Of a stretch of DNA of 64,000 nucleotides, positions 18,681 through 27,919 are shown one piece after another. The first letter of the stretch is position 1; each line of letters opens with the position of its first letter. The notes under the pieces were generated by a model that had not been told where the DNA came from, ran no database searches, and worked only from the letters and a program-made list of their open reading frames with translations. Location: IMG/VR virus record IMGVR_UViG_3300017565_000001, positions 13,741 through 77,740 of that record. The stretch is one strand, 5' to 3'. The position numbers and the translations under genes are program-made. This DNA comes from a virus. Taxonomy: Duplodnaviria > Heunggongvirae > Uroviricota > Caudoviricetes.

Positions 18681-19688
18681 ATGGGAATTTTGAATCCCGG
18701 GTTCAATCTGACATTGCGCCCAATGAAGTATCCGCAGTTTTTCCAATTCTTCCGTGACGCACAGAAGAATAACTGGAACGTTCAAGAAATCAGTTTCAAC
18801 ACCGATATTGCCGACTTGCGCGACAAGATCCTCCCAGCTGAAAAACACATTGTGAATCGCATTGTTGCGTTCTTCGCCACTGGCGACAGCATTGTGGCAA
18901 ACAACTTGGTGTTGAGTCTGTACAAGCACGTGAACTCCCCAGAAGCTCGTATGTATTACGGTCGCCAACTGTTTGAAGAACAGCTTCACGTTGAGTTCTA
19001 CCTGACCCTCCTGGATGAATACATCAAGGATCCCGATGAACGTGCTGCTGCGTTTGATGCCATCAACAACATCCCATCGATCAAACAAAAGGCTGACTTC
19101 TGCTTTAAGTGGATCGACTCAGTCATGGACCTTGATGAGTGCCGTACTGAAGAAGATCGCCGCACCTTCCTGTTGAACCTGATTACGTTCGCAGCCGTTA
19201 TCGAAGGTCTGTTCTTCTTTGGCGCATTCGCCTATGTGTATTACCTGCGTTCGCGTGGACTGCTGCATGGTCTGGCAAGCGGCACCAACTGGGTGTTCCG
19301 TGATGAATCCATGCACATGAACGTGGCATTCGAAATCGTTGATACAGTGCGCGCCGAATATCCTGAACTATGGGATGACAGCATGGAAAGCCGTGTGCGC
19401 GAAATGATCAAGGAAGCAGTTGAATGCGAAATGCAATTCGCTGACGACGTTCTGGATCTGGGTGTTGCTGGTATGAGCAAGGAAAACATGCGCGAGTATC
19501 TGCAATTCGTTGCAGACATGCGTTTCACTCGTCTGGGCATGGAAAAGGAATACGGTTCTACCAACCCGTTCGCTTTCATGGAACTGCAAGACTTGCAATC
19601 ACTGACCAACTTCTTCGAGCGCACGGTCGCTGAATACACGGTTGGTATTGGTGGCAATGTTGATTTCGACAACAACTTGGATTTCTAA
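18681..19688 (+). CDS. nrdB: ribonucleotide reductase class Ia beta subunit
   Basis: FFATGDSIV, EEQLHVEFY, IEGLFF, RDESMH, NFFER di-iron ligands. Confidence 0.97.
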   Translation: MGILNPGFNLTLRPMKYPQFFQFFRDAQKNNWNVQEISFNTDIADLRDKILPAEKHIVNRIVAFFATGDSIVANNLVLSLYKHVNSPEARMYYGRQLFEEQLHVEFYLTLLDEYIKDPDERAAAFDAINNIPSIKQKADFCFKWIDSVMDLDECRTEEDRRTFLLNLITFAAVIEGLFFFGAFAYVYYLRSRGLLHGLASGTNWVFRDESMHMNVAFEIVDTVRAEYPELWDDSMESRVREMIKEAVECEMQFADDVLDLGVAGMSKENMREYLQFVADMRFTRLGMEKEYGSTNPFAFMELQDLQSLTNFFERTVAEYTVGIGGNVDFDNNLDF

Positions 19689-19703
19689 ACAAATCTAGTT
19701 ACA

Positions 19704-19728
19704 AATTGGGGAGCATTGCTCCCCAATT
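19704..19728 (+). terminator. hairpin after nrdB, GGGGAG/CTCCCC family
   Basis: AATTGGGGAGC-ATT-GCTCCCCAATT. Confidence 0.75.
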
Positions 19729-19779
19729 CTATTTTGACGTCAAGTAAAGCCACTCCTAGAATGTTCACAAAGGAGAGTC

Positions 19780-20283
19780 ATGATGGCTTTTACAAAAGAA
19801 CAACAAGAAGAACACGAAGACCAGATGATGCAGTCCAAATTGTCTGGGTCTCTGCCTTTTAAAGTGACATTTGATGTTGATTGGACCTCGTTTGATGCAT
19901 TCGCTGAAAACGTGTTGGACTATTTGAAATCCAACCACGAACATATCAAGCTGACAAAGCAAGAAGTTCTCAACAATATCGATGTTTACGAATACTTCAA
20001 ACAGCAAATAGAAACCATGTACACCAACACTATCAATTACAACATTGATGAAGACGACATGGAATGGTACAACAGTGAACGCTTCTTCCGTCCACAAGTA
20101 CAAGCGGCCAAAGCTGAAGAACTTCGAATCAGAGAAGAAGAAAATAAGGCCAAAAGAGAACATGAAGAAAAGCGACTTGCTGAACAGAAAGCATTGGAAG
20201 CAAATGGCATGACTATCACTGTTGATCCAAAGAAACACAAGATGGCAGTCGCAATTCTCAAAGCCGCAGGATTGATCAAATGA
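19780..20283 (+). CDS. hypothetical protein with coiled coil
   Basis: TTGACG-17-TAGAAT promoter at 19734; AGGAG SD. Confidence 0.75.
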   Translation: MMAFTKEQQEEHEDQMMQSKLSGSLPFKVTFDVDWTSFDAFAENVLDYLKSNHEHIKLTKQEVLNNIDVYEYFKQQIETMYTNTINYNIDEDDMEWYNSERFFRPQVQAAKAEELRIREEENKAKREHEEKRLAEQKALEANGMTITVDPKKHKMAVAILKAAGLIK

Positions 20284-20822
20284 GCAAGAAGACCTACACC
20301 CAACAGGAACTTGACGAATTCAACCAGCACCTGGTGGCTGCCAAACTGGGGGCAGACTTCTTCACCATGCAAGTTCCCATTTCCTTCGAAGAATACAAGG
20401 ATCACCTCGAACAAGGTGTCAGCTATTTGAAATATCGCCATCAAAACCTAACGGTCGATGTTTCAAAATTGGTTTCAAACATCGCAACGTTTGAAGCATT
20501 GAAGCAAGCCATTGATAAGTCATTCAAACAACTTATGGATGATGGTGACTTCGATCTGTTTGATTACATTGATGTCGAGTATCTGGAAGGCTTGCTGAAG
20601 GAAGAAATCAAAGAAGCCCGGGAAATCACCCAGCGTAAGAATGCCGAAGCTGCGGCAAAACGTAAGGCGACCATGGAAGCTAATAAGGCCAAAAAGCTGG
20701 CGAATAAAGCCGCAGAAGATGCCAAACGAGCCGCGGTTGCAAATCAAGCGTCCATCGTAGTGCCTTTGGACAAGAAGGAAAAAGCGGAAGAAGCCCTCCG
20801 CAAATTGGGCCTACTCTATTAA
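20280..20822 (+). CDS. hypothetical protein with coiled coil; C-terminus similar to the preceding gene
   Basis: ATGA coupling; VPLDKKEKAEEALRKLGL versus VDPKKHKMAVAILKAAGL. Confidence 0.75.
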   Translation: MSKKTYTQQELDEFNQHLVAAKLGADFFTMQVPISFEEYKDHLEQGVSYLKYRHQNLTVDVSKLVSNIATFEALKQAIDKSFKQLMDDGDFDLFDYIDVEYLEGLLKEEIKEAREITQRKNAEAAAKRKATMEANKAKKLANKAAEDAKRAAVANQASIVVPLDKKEKAEEALRKLGLLY

Positions 20823-20859
20823 TCAACGTGATAAGTAATCACACAACAGGAAATACAAA

Positions 20860-21183
20860 ATGCTAATCAATACCAACAAAACCGTTGCCGCTGGTGACAT
20901 CGTCGCAGTCAAGCTGACCAGTGGTGAAGAAATCTTGGCCAAGCTGGTTAAGGTCGAAGGCGAAACCTACACGTTCAGCAAGCCCGTTATTCTGACTCTT
21001 GTTCCTACTGGTAACGGTCAGGCTGGTGTCAGCTTTGCTCCGTTCATGATGGGTCTGGACGATGACACGGAAGTCACTATCGAATATCACAAGATGCTCA
21101 TGAAGCCGATCGTCGCCCGCAAGGATGCCGCAACCCAATACGTCAAGTCCACCACTGGACTTGACCTCAGCGCCAGTCTGTAA
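20860..21183 (+). CDS. Sm/LSm-like fold protein
   Basis: GDIVAVKLTSGEEILAKL...KPVIL...FAPFM pattern of phage Sm-like proteins. Confidence 0.55.
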   Translation: MLINTNKTVAAGDIVAVKLTSGEEILAKLVKVEGETYTFSKPVILTLVPTGNGQAGVSFAPFMMGLDDDTEVTIEYHKMLMKPIVARKDAATQYVKSTTGLDLSASL

Positions 21184-21185
21184 TC

Positions 21186-22205
21186 ATGCCCAGCGTAGCG
21201 AGATTAAATGATGCGATCTCTCATGGCGGCCGTATTATTTCTGCCAGTGCTGATACTCAGGCTAACGGTCTTGGTGTTGCTCGTATTGGTGATCTCGCTT
21301 ACTGTGACAAACACGGAACGGTAACAATCGTTGGTGGCGCTCAAACCACATCCACCAACGGTCCCCTGACTGCTAGGGTTGGCGATCTATGCTCATGCGG
21401 TGCCACTATTGTCGGTGGCTCCCCTAACCGTATTGTGGGATACGAGGGCGGTAGCAGTGGCCCAGCAATCAAATTCACATTCCCGGATGGGACTCCTGCA
21501 GAGCTCAATGAGGCTGATTTGGGTTCTTGGGATGATGAGGTTGATACGCAAAACCCAGGTGTAGTCGTTTATCCTAAAATTCAAGGTCGTCCTGCTACCA
21601 GTCGTGAGATTGAACGCAGTAAAGAATTGGGGTATGATCCCGCGGCACCTACTCCGCCAGCTGAAGATAAAGTCACAGAAGCGAAACCTACACCAACGAC
21701 TCCAGTTGATTGTGGTGAGTTTCCAAACCACATTGACTACGGTATGTTTTTGAGCCCTAATTTCAAATTGGAAACTGTAAGCAGCAAGGCAGTCGTTTCC
21801 CCCACTAGGGTGAAGGCACAACGAGGGTTGTCTGAACTTCAAATCATATGCAACCTGAAGGCTGTATGTGTGAACGTTCTAGAGCCTGTTGCAAGACGAT
21901 ATGGGCGTCAGGTCATTGGTATCACTAGCGGCTTCAGACTACAGAAAAACGGTAGCTCCCAGCATGAAATAGGGCAAGCCATCGACCTTCAGTTTAGTGA
22001 TCAGTGGTCAGGTGCTTTGAGCAAACAAGGATGGTGGGAACGAGTTCAATGGATCAAGGACAACGTGCCCTTTGATCAAATGATTCTTGAATATATTGGC
22101 AACAAGCCATGGATTCATCTTTCATACAGTGAAACTGGAAATCGTAAACAACTTCTGACAACGACAAAGAACGGTAAGTACGATCCAGGTTTGATTTTGG
22201 TGTAA
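21186..22205 (+). CDS. PAAR spike-tip protein fused to M15-family Zn peptidase
   Basis: Three PAAR repeats (VARLND, VARIGD..C..HG, TARVGD.CSCG); C-terminal ITSGFR, SQH..GQAID, WIHLS. Confidence 0.85.
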   Translation: MPSVARLNDAISHGGRIISASADTQANGLGVARIGDLAYCDKHGTVTIVGGAQTTSTNGPLTARVGDLCSCGATIVGGSPNRIVGYEGGSSGPAIKFTFPDGTPAELNEADLGSWDDEVDTQNPGVVVYPKIQGRPATSREIERSKELGYDPAAPTPPAEDKVTEAKPTPTTPVDCGEFPNHIDYGMFLSPNFKLETVSSKAVVSPTRVKAQRGLSELQIICNLKAVCVNVLEPVARRYGRQVIGITSGFRLQKNGSSQHEIGQAIDLQFSDQWSGALSKQGWWERVQWIKDNVPFDQMILEYIGNKPWIHLSYSETGNRKQLLTTTKNGKYDPGLILV

Positions 22206-22206
22206 C

Positions 22207-23343
22207 ATGACAATTAATCAAGACGCAATCAACGCAGCAATCAACAAGCTGCCCAAACCAGCATTTGACTCTCAGTATTTGAATGAGGGTCTGGACCTGA
22301 TTAAGCAGGGTAAGGCACTAGTCGATCCTATTGGTGGAGCTATCAGTAGTTTGACATCGCAAATGTCATCCTTGGGTAGCCATATCAGCTCATCTTTGGG
22401 TATCGGGAATGCTCCAGATCCCAGCAATCCACAGGGATCCTTGGATTCGCTCATCAGTGAACAATTGTTCGGTGGTCTACAATCAGGCATCGAATCTGTG
22501 GCGAGTATCGGAGCAAGCGTAGCGAGTGTGACATCAAAAATGTTCACAGACATTCATCCCTTTTCAGGTAGAATGAACATTCCTGACAACATGATCACAT
22601 GGTCTAGGAAATATGTGAAATTGAATGGCGATGACGATGACGGGAATGATCCCAATGGGCAGTATTTGAAAGATGCACATGGTAATAAAGTCATATCGAA
22701 CCCCAATAATGTTGATGGTTTGGGTGTTCCGCAAGTTACCACGTTGTTCAACGTAACGGCAAGCCAACAAGCCCTTGACGCGGCACTAGGTCGTAATCAA
22801 GACAATCCCTGCTCATCATTCATGGATGGAGTATCGGGAATGATTGCTAGTGTGAAAGAAACGATCGGCGAAGTTCAGGATTGGATTGGTGGGATTGTTG
22901 ACGACATTAACGGCATGGTATCAGATGTAATCAGTGGTGCGCAAAGTGCCATTGGCGATATCTATAAGCAAATCCGAGAAACGGTTGGTGACATAATTGA
23001 CTGGACGACCGAAGGTATTGCACAAGTCAAAGCCATGATTGGTGAAGCCATCTCAGGAGCACAAGAAGCCATTGGATTGGTGTTTGACACTGTTTCTGGC
23101 GGCATCGCGGATGCGATCTCAGCTGTTCAAGATGTTGCGAGCGATGTCATTGGTACTATCACGGATACCGCAGCAGCAATCGTGGAACAAGTGCAAGCTG
23201 GCTTTGCATCCATGATCAAGAGCCTGAGCAGCATGAATCCTTGCGCCCAAGATGTCATCATTGGTGAAAACTCGGTGTTGACTCAAGACATGAGCGATCT
23301 AGTTAGAGCCAATATGCCACCAGGTTCAGAGATTCCATTCTAA
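22207..23343 (+). CDS. probable baseplate/tail-associated protein with amphipathic helical repeats
   Basis: Directly follows PAAR gene; repeated I/V-G/S-D/E-I/V helical segments in the C-terminal half. Confidence 0.5.
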   Translation: MTINQDAINAAINKLPKPAFDSQYLNEGLDLIKQGKALVDPIGGAISSLTSQMSSLGSHISSSLGIGNAPDPSNPQGSLDSLISEQLFGGLQSGIESVASIGASVASVTSKMFTDIHPFSGRMNIPDNMITWSRKYVKLNGDDDDGNDPNGQYLKDAHGNKVISNPNNVDGLGVPQVTTLFNVTASQQALDAALGRNQDNPCSSFMDGVSGMIASVKETIGEVQDWIGGIVDDINGMVSDVISGAQSAIGDIYKQIRETVGDIIDWTTEGIAQVKAMIGEAISGAQEAIGLVFDTVSGGIADAISAVQDVASDVIGTITDTAAAIVEQVQAGFASMIKSLSSMNPCAQDVIIGENSVLTQDMSDLVRANMPPGSEIPF

Positions 23344-23539
23344 ACAAAAGCCACCGGGTCTCGGTGGCTTTTCCATACCTGGTTCCCTTTGGTTTGCCCG
23401 TGGTATGTCTCCAGCTATCCTGTCTGACCTCGCAGATAAGTTCATATTCTGATCCCATGGTGACTGAATTCTAGGTTATTGACAGTCTGGTGGCTTGATG
23501 CCATAAATAACTTTGTAAACACTCTACTCTTAGGAGATT

Positions 23540-23869
23540 ATGATGCGATACAAGTTTACGGCTGAACAGATCTTTGCAGATACGGATCTGGAGAATGACA
23601 GAACAGCATTCTTGGAGGCGTTGGACAGACACCACACATGGTTGAAACAACAAGCTGAATCAGTTTTGGGCACACGAGTTTATCAAGTGCTTCCTTGTGG
23701 CGACATCATAAATCCAGTCAAGTTCCACGAAGAAAGTGACATCGTGGTATCGTTTCATCTAGGCACTGAGGGTTCCATTTGTCTAGAATCCACTCGAATC
23801 CTGCAAGAATATTTTCAGGATATTGATCTGGAAAGCATTGGCGCCATTGTACCAATCGTGTACAATTGA
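23540..23869 (+). CDS. hypothetical protein
   Basis: ATAAATA at 23503; AGGAG SD. Confidence 0.7.
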   Translation: MMRYKFTAEQIFADTDLENDRTAFLEALDRHHTWLKQQAESVLGTRVYQVLPCGDIINPVKFHEESDIVVSFHLGTEGSICLESTRILQEYFQDIDLESIGAIVPIVYN

Positions 23870-23872
23870 GCA

Positions 23873-24094
23873 ATGCACAGAAAACTCAGACGACTTTTCA
23901 CACTTCTGAATCTCAGATTAGTCCTAGGCGGTGCCATGTTCGGCACCTGCTTGGGTGGTATCATTTGGGGATTCTACCAGAACGTCATTAGTAAATCCAC
24001 TATGGATCTCTGGGGTGCCGTGCTGGGCGCGATACTCATCGCGATCTGGGTTGTTTGGCGTTGGTGGAAAGGCAATGAAATTAGAGTGGATTAA
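23873..24094 (+). CDS. small two-TM membrane protein
   Basis: Two hydrophobic helices. Confidence 0.6.
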   Translation: MHRKLRRLFTLLNLRLVLGGAMFGTCLGGIIWGFYQNVISKSTMDLWGAVLGAILIAIWVVWRWWKGNEIRVD

Positions 24095-24323
24095 ACCCTT
24101 CAGAACTCACAGCGCGAAGAGGCTTGCTGAGTTCCCCGATCGGGTGTCGTTCATGATGAGCTTTAGCGATGTTGCGGAACGAGACCACTTGATTGAGTTC
24201 CTGTCGCCGATGGTCGCCGATACCATCATCATGGCGCAGAATGGAGCTATGGTGTTGGTTAACTTTGACACACCTCAGGAAGTCCTTGTATTCAAACTGC
24301 AATATTCGGAGTTCATGCGATGA
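24075..24323 (+). CDS. small FKL-motif family protein
   Basis: LIEFLSP ... FDTPQEVLVFKLQY. Confidence 0.7.
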   Translation: MKLEWIKPFRTHSAKRLAEFPDRVSFMMSFSDVAERDHLIEFLSPMVADTIIMAQNGAMVLVNFDTPQEVLVFKLQYSEFMR

Positions 24324-24685
24324 GAATTTGGCGATGTCAGAAAACTCCAGTTGAGAAAAAGCAAGCACCCCTTATTGAATCATCCAATTTGTGTCAGGAA
24401 ATCACTCAACCTGTCACGGCGCACGACACGCAAATTGATATCACGTATCAAAGGCTAGTATCAGAACCTGGTTGGTTGATCGGGGTAATGTGGCCCAAAA
24501 ATCCCAAACCGTCGTCGAGTGACGAACTGGTTGAATGGTTGTTTGATGAAATAGGCGGTCGATATGAGGTCGTGCGGTTTTATCAGTTCTCGTTCTACGA
24601 CAGTTTCGAACTAAAGTTGAGCAATGACGAAGACATGGCGTTGTTTAAACTGAAGTTTAGTGAATATTTTGATCTTTTGACTTGA
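24320..24685 (+). CDS. FKL-motif family protein
   Basis: LVEWLFDEIG ... NDEDMALFKLKF. Confidence 0.75.
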   Translation: MRIWRCQKTPVEKKQAPLIESSNLCQEITQPVTAHDTQIDITYQRLVSEPGWLIGVMWPKNPKPSSSDELVEWLFDEIGGRYEVVRFYQFSFYDSFELKLSNDEDMALFKLKFSEYFDLLT

Positions 24686-24700
24686 TTTAAGGAAATAACT

Positions 24701-24967
24701 TTGGAAACTCATGTAATTGTTTGCGCTTGCAGTTCAGATGAACATCAACTCATCTATCGTTACGATCCCGAAGATCAAGAAATCTACACCAGCGTTTATC
24801 TACATCAGTACCGTGGATTCTGGAAGCGCGTATGGGTGGGTATCCGTTATATGTTTGGCTATCAGAGCAAATACGGCGCTTGGGATTGCGTTGAAATGAA
24901 CCGCGATCAGATCAAAATCCTCCACGAACTTACTCGGCGAGCACTGGAAGATCAAGACCAAAACTGA
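24701..24967 (+). CDS. hypothetical phage protein
   Basis: AAGGA SD with TTG start; CACSSDEH and FWKRVWVGIRYMFG. Confidence 0.7.
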   Translation: METHVIVCACSSDEHQLIYRYDPEDQEIYTSVYLHQYRGFWKRVWVGIRYMFGYQSKYGAWDCVEMNRDQIKILHELTRRALEDQDQN

Positions 24968-25083
24968 TCCCAAATGATCGAACTTGATGGGGTGGCAAAT
25001 GCCACCCCATCAACCATTTCAAATTTCCATCACCTTTTGAATTCCAGTCAAGTACAATATGGCATCATAAGGATTGGACTCGT

Positions 25084-25458
25084 ATGCACTACTACGAATG
25101 GGATGGTGTAACCAAACTGGGTGATGTTTGGCTACGTGATTGGGATCAGGATCGTTGCCTGGCTAGTAGGTTGATTACTGAATTGAATGACCAAGAACGC
25201 ATGTTGCGTGATGCCTTCCAAAGATTGGTCGACATGCTGGATCTCAGGAAACCATACTACGATATGATCGAACGTCATGTGCCAATCCGGTTCAAATTCT
25301 CACAAGATGGTGAAACAACTTTCAAGGTCTTGATGGTTCTAGCCGAGATCAAATTCATATGTGAATTAACTGATGAACAAACCATCATATTGAAATTACG
25401 GGTTCCAGAACTTGCTGGTAAGGAACAGATGAATTTGGATGAAAAATGTCCGCTATGA
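25084..25458 (+). CDS. divergent FKL-motif family protein
   Basis: LTDEQTIILKLR. Confidence 0.65.
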   Translation: MHYYEWDGVTKLGDVWLRDWDQDRCLASRLITELNDQERMLRDAFQRLVDMLDLRKPYYDMIERHVPIRFKFSQDGETTFKVLMVLAEIKFICELTDEQTIILKLRVPELAGKEQMNLDEKCPL

Positions 25459-25640
25459 TTCGTAGATTTATTCAGCCCATGGAGGACTGGCCTCGTCAGT
25501 TTTCAATTGGATGTTTTCTCACCACCTGGGGAATAATTGGCTGGAATCATGGCCCCACTTTTCCCCTGGGTCCTGCGGCTTTGGGTGCAGGACTGGCCCT
25601 AGTAGTCTTATGCTGGATCCTGCCGGATTATCACCTATGA
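25446..25640 (+). CDS. small membrane protein
   Basis: Two hydrophobic segments; coupled to the next gene. Confidence 0.5.
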   Translation: MSAMIRRFIQPMEDWPRQFSIGCFLTTWGIIGWNHGPTFPLGPAALGAGLALVVLCWILPDYHL

Positions 25641-25951
25641 TCCCAGTAACCAAAATACGCAAATTACCACCATTCACCATAGATCACATGCAAGCAATAG
25701 TTGACAACAGAATAAAGAACGACGACTGCACCTCAACGATGCGGGTTCTAATTCGCGGAAAGAGTCAGGAATCCAGATCGGCGTGGGCTGACGACCTTAT
25801 TGCCACTCTGGGATTATCAATTGAACAATACACGATGGTTTCGTTTGGTGTCTCCTGGAATTCCACCCTGGAATTGTTTGTGACTCTGAGTGAAGAACAG
25901 GAGGTATTGATGCGACTGAAATACAGTGAATTGTTTGGTGATCACCTATGA
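25637..25951 (+). CDS. divergent FKL-motif family protein
   Basis: LSEEQEVLMRLKY. Confidence 0.65.
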   Translation: MIPVTKIRKLPPFTIDHMQAIVDNRIKNDDCTSTMRVLIRGKSQESRSAWADDLIATLGLSIEQYTMVSFGVSWNSTLELFVTLSEEQEVLMRLKYSELFGDHL

Positions 25952-26247
25952 GCTACGATCTACTACCTGATGGTCGTGTTCAGTGGACATCAACTTTTCG
26001 AATCAGGAAAAGGTATTTGAGCGATTTCTACGATCAAATGGACGAAAGCCAGTTCGAATGGTGCCGAGACAACAGCGATCAGTTGATGGAACCCATACAA
26101 GAAATAATAGACGAGTTGGTTCTTGTTGATTACCAGATCACCAACACTACTCATACGGAAAAAGGTATCGAGTTTGTGGACAGCTTGGTACTAACGGCCA
26201 GATTATCAGATAGTCAAATGTTGATGCTGAGGCTTATGGAATCATGA
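25948..26247 (+). CDS. divergent FKL-motif family protein
   Basis: QFEWCRDNS ... LSDSQMLMLRL. Confidence 0.65.
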   Translation: MSYDLLPDGRVQWTSTFRIRKRYLSDFYDQMDESQFEWCRDNSDQLMEPIQEIIDELVLVDYQITNTTHTEKGIEFVDSLVLTARLSDSQMLMLRLMES

Positions 26248-26627
26248 GTAAACGCTTTTACGTGGACGTTGATGGCCGATATGTGTGGTCATACCAGATA
26301 ACTATCAGGAATGGTGAGTTCATTATGGACGAGAAGTTGGAAGAGTGGGAACTCCGAGACCTGAGAATTATCATTAATGAACGAGTCCAAGCAGGTTTGG
26401 TCGATAGTTTGATGGCAGTTGTGGAGACCATGAATATGGAACCTCACCAATACCAGCTAGATAAAACCTATATGGATGTTCTGGGTTCCAAAGTTTTAGT
26501 GCGAACAGAATTGAAAGCTCAGTTGACTGATGAACAAAAGGTCATATTGGAACTAGCTGACCCTACCTCAGAACATTTGGCTCGACGAATACTCGAAAGG
26601 CCAGAAGAACTCCAGGATATTACCTGA
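26244..26627 (+). CDS. divergent FKL-motif family protein
   Basis: LTDEQKVILEL. Confidence 0.6.
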   Translation: MSKRFYVDVDGRYVWSYQITIRNGEFIMDEKLEEWELRDLRIIINERVQAGLVDSLMAVVETMNMEPHQYQLDKTYMDVLGSKVLVRTELKAQLTDEQKVILELADPTSEHLARRILERPEELQDIT

Positions 26628-26971
26628 TGGACTTTGTTTACACGGTGTCAGGCAACAAAGCCATGATACTGTTCCTGGCAGTGATCCCAAATACTGGGTG
26701 GAAGTCCAGAATCAATACCATGACAGCACCAAATACATTCGTGGATATAAGGGTCGCAGAAGCGTGGGAAGAATTCCAGCATCAGGTAAGAACGTTCATG
26801 TACGGACATGGTCTTGATGGAGAACCCATATTCAGGGTTGATAACAACTGGATGACAGCCAGTATAGATGACGTCCAGTTGACTGATGAACAGGTATTGG
26901 CATTTAAACTCAGGAAGGAACCAGTGAGTAGACTGGTTCTCATTAATCTATTAACTGGGGCAATGATGTGA
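26627..26971 (+). CDS. FKL-motif family protein
   Basis: LTDEQVLAFKLR. Confidence 0.65.
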   Translation: MDFVYTVSGNKAMILFLAVIPNTGWKSRINTMTAPNTFVDIRVAEAWEEFQHQVRTFMYGHGLDGEPIFRVDNNWMTASIDDVQLTDEQVLAFKLRKEPVSRLVLINLLTGAMM

Positions 26972-26985
26972 GTATGTGGCGATAC

Positions 26986-27025
26986 TTCACGAGTATTCAC
27001 GAGTATTCACGAGTATTCACGGTCA
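26986..27025. repeat. tandem 10-bp repeat GAGTATTCAC x3 plus partial copies
   Basis: TTCAC-GAGTATTCAC-GAGTATTCAC-GAGTATTCAC-GG read directly. Confidence 0.9.
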
Positions 27026-27206
27026 TTCTTACTTGGCACTATGCTGATACTACGTGAATGTCGTAGAACTCCAGGTAGACATATGGGAATTCACCATTAT
27101 TCACGGATAGTAGGGCAATAACTCAATGGGATTTGGTAATCGACCTACTAACGATAGGGGAATCTCCAGGTAGATATTCGCAAACTTGATAACAACTAAA
27201 ACCAAA

Positions 27207-27638
27207 ATGACACAACTACAACAATTCAACACACGCATCGCCAATCTGAATGAACTCCAAAAGAAGGTGGATGAAGAATCATCTGCCATGAAAGCGGACT
27301 TTCAAATACTGATCAAGAACAAAACCATTCCTTTGGTGGAACGATGGGACTTCTGGATTTTCGCTCCGTCTTCGCTTAAAGAAAACCATGACTGGTTGCC
27401 CCAATATGGAACAATCCAGAATCGATATGTAAAGTTCTACTGTGATGCTCCTGAGGTTTATGGACGAGGACGCCAAGTGGATTGGGCTGAAATTTTGGAT
27501 GATGCTTTTACGGAAGATGGTACGGTTGAAGCCTGTACTCGTTATACGGGCGAGGTTATGTTCACTCAAGAAGAGATGACAGAGCTTCTGGAATCCATCC
27601 TGGCTGATAATGTGGCATCTTTTAAGTTCGATTGGTAA
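27207..27638 (+). CDS. hypothetical protein
   Basis: Open frame with N-terminal coiled coil. Confidence 0.7.
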   Translation: MTQLQQFNTRIANLNELQKKVDEESSAMKADFQILIKNKTIPLVERWDFWIFAPSSLKENHDWLPQYGTIQNRYVKFYCDAPEVYGRGRQVDWAEILDDAFTEDGTVEACTRYTGEVMFTQEEMTELLESILADNVASFKFDW

Positions 27639-27880
27639 TGATGTCTTTTGCCTACATGGACAAATGTGACGTTGTAAAATTCATACAACTGAATGACACC
27701 AGATATTTGGTTGTCCTTCAAGTTAATTTCAGTCACGCAAACAAACAGATCGTCGAAGAGGTAACGGCTAGTTGGGAATGTGCAAACTACACTGCCGATT
27801 ACACGAGTTGGGCGTTTTACACCACATTGACTATGATTGTTTCAGATCATGTAGCCGTAAGATACAAACTGTCACTTTGA
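27638..27880 (+). CDS. divergent FKL-motif family protein
   Basis: TAATG coupling; SDHVAVRYKLSL*. Confidence 0.55.
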   Translation: MMSFAYMDKCDVVKFIQLNDTRYLVVLQVNFSHANKQIVEEVTASWECANYTADYTSWAFYTTLTMIVSDHVAVRYKLSL

Positions 27881-27885
27881 TCTTG

Positions 27886-27913
27886 TTGACTTTCATAACC
27901 AGATCAGTACAAT
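27886..27913 (+). promoter_or_regulatory. sigma70-type promoter for tmRNA gene
   Basis: TTGACT-16-TACAAT just upstream of the acceptor piece. Confidence 0.7.
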
Positions 27914-27919
27914 TGACTG

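Noticed and set aside
15053-19688. Introns or inteins in nrdA/nrdB (also checked in the helicase and topoisomerase)
   Set aside because: Frames are continuous and near expected length, with no homing-endonuclease or splicing motifs.
26986-27025. CRISPR array
   Set aside because: 10-bp head-to-tail repeats without spacers; no array of 25-45-bp repeats was seen in the window.
27058-27189. Second amber-containing ORF (ATG TCG TAG AAC TCC AGG TAG ...)
   Set aside because: No SD sequence and no recognisable protein features; likely chance in a degenerate gap.
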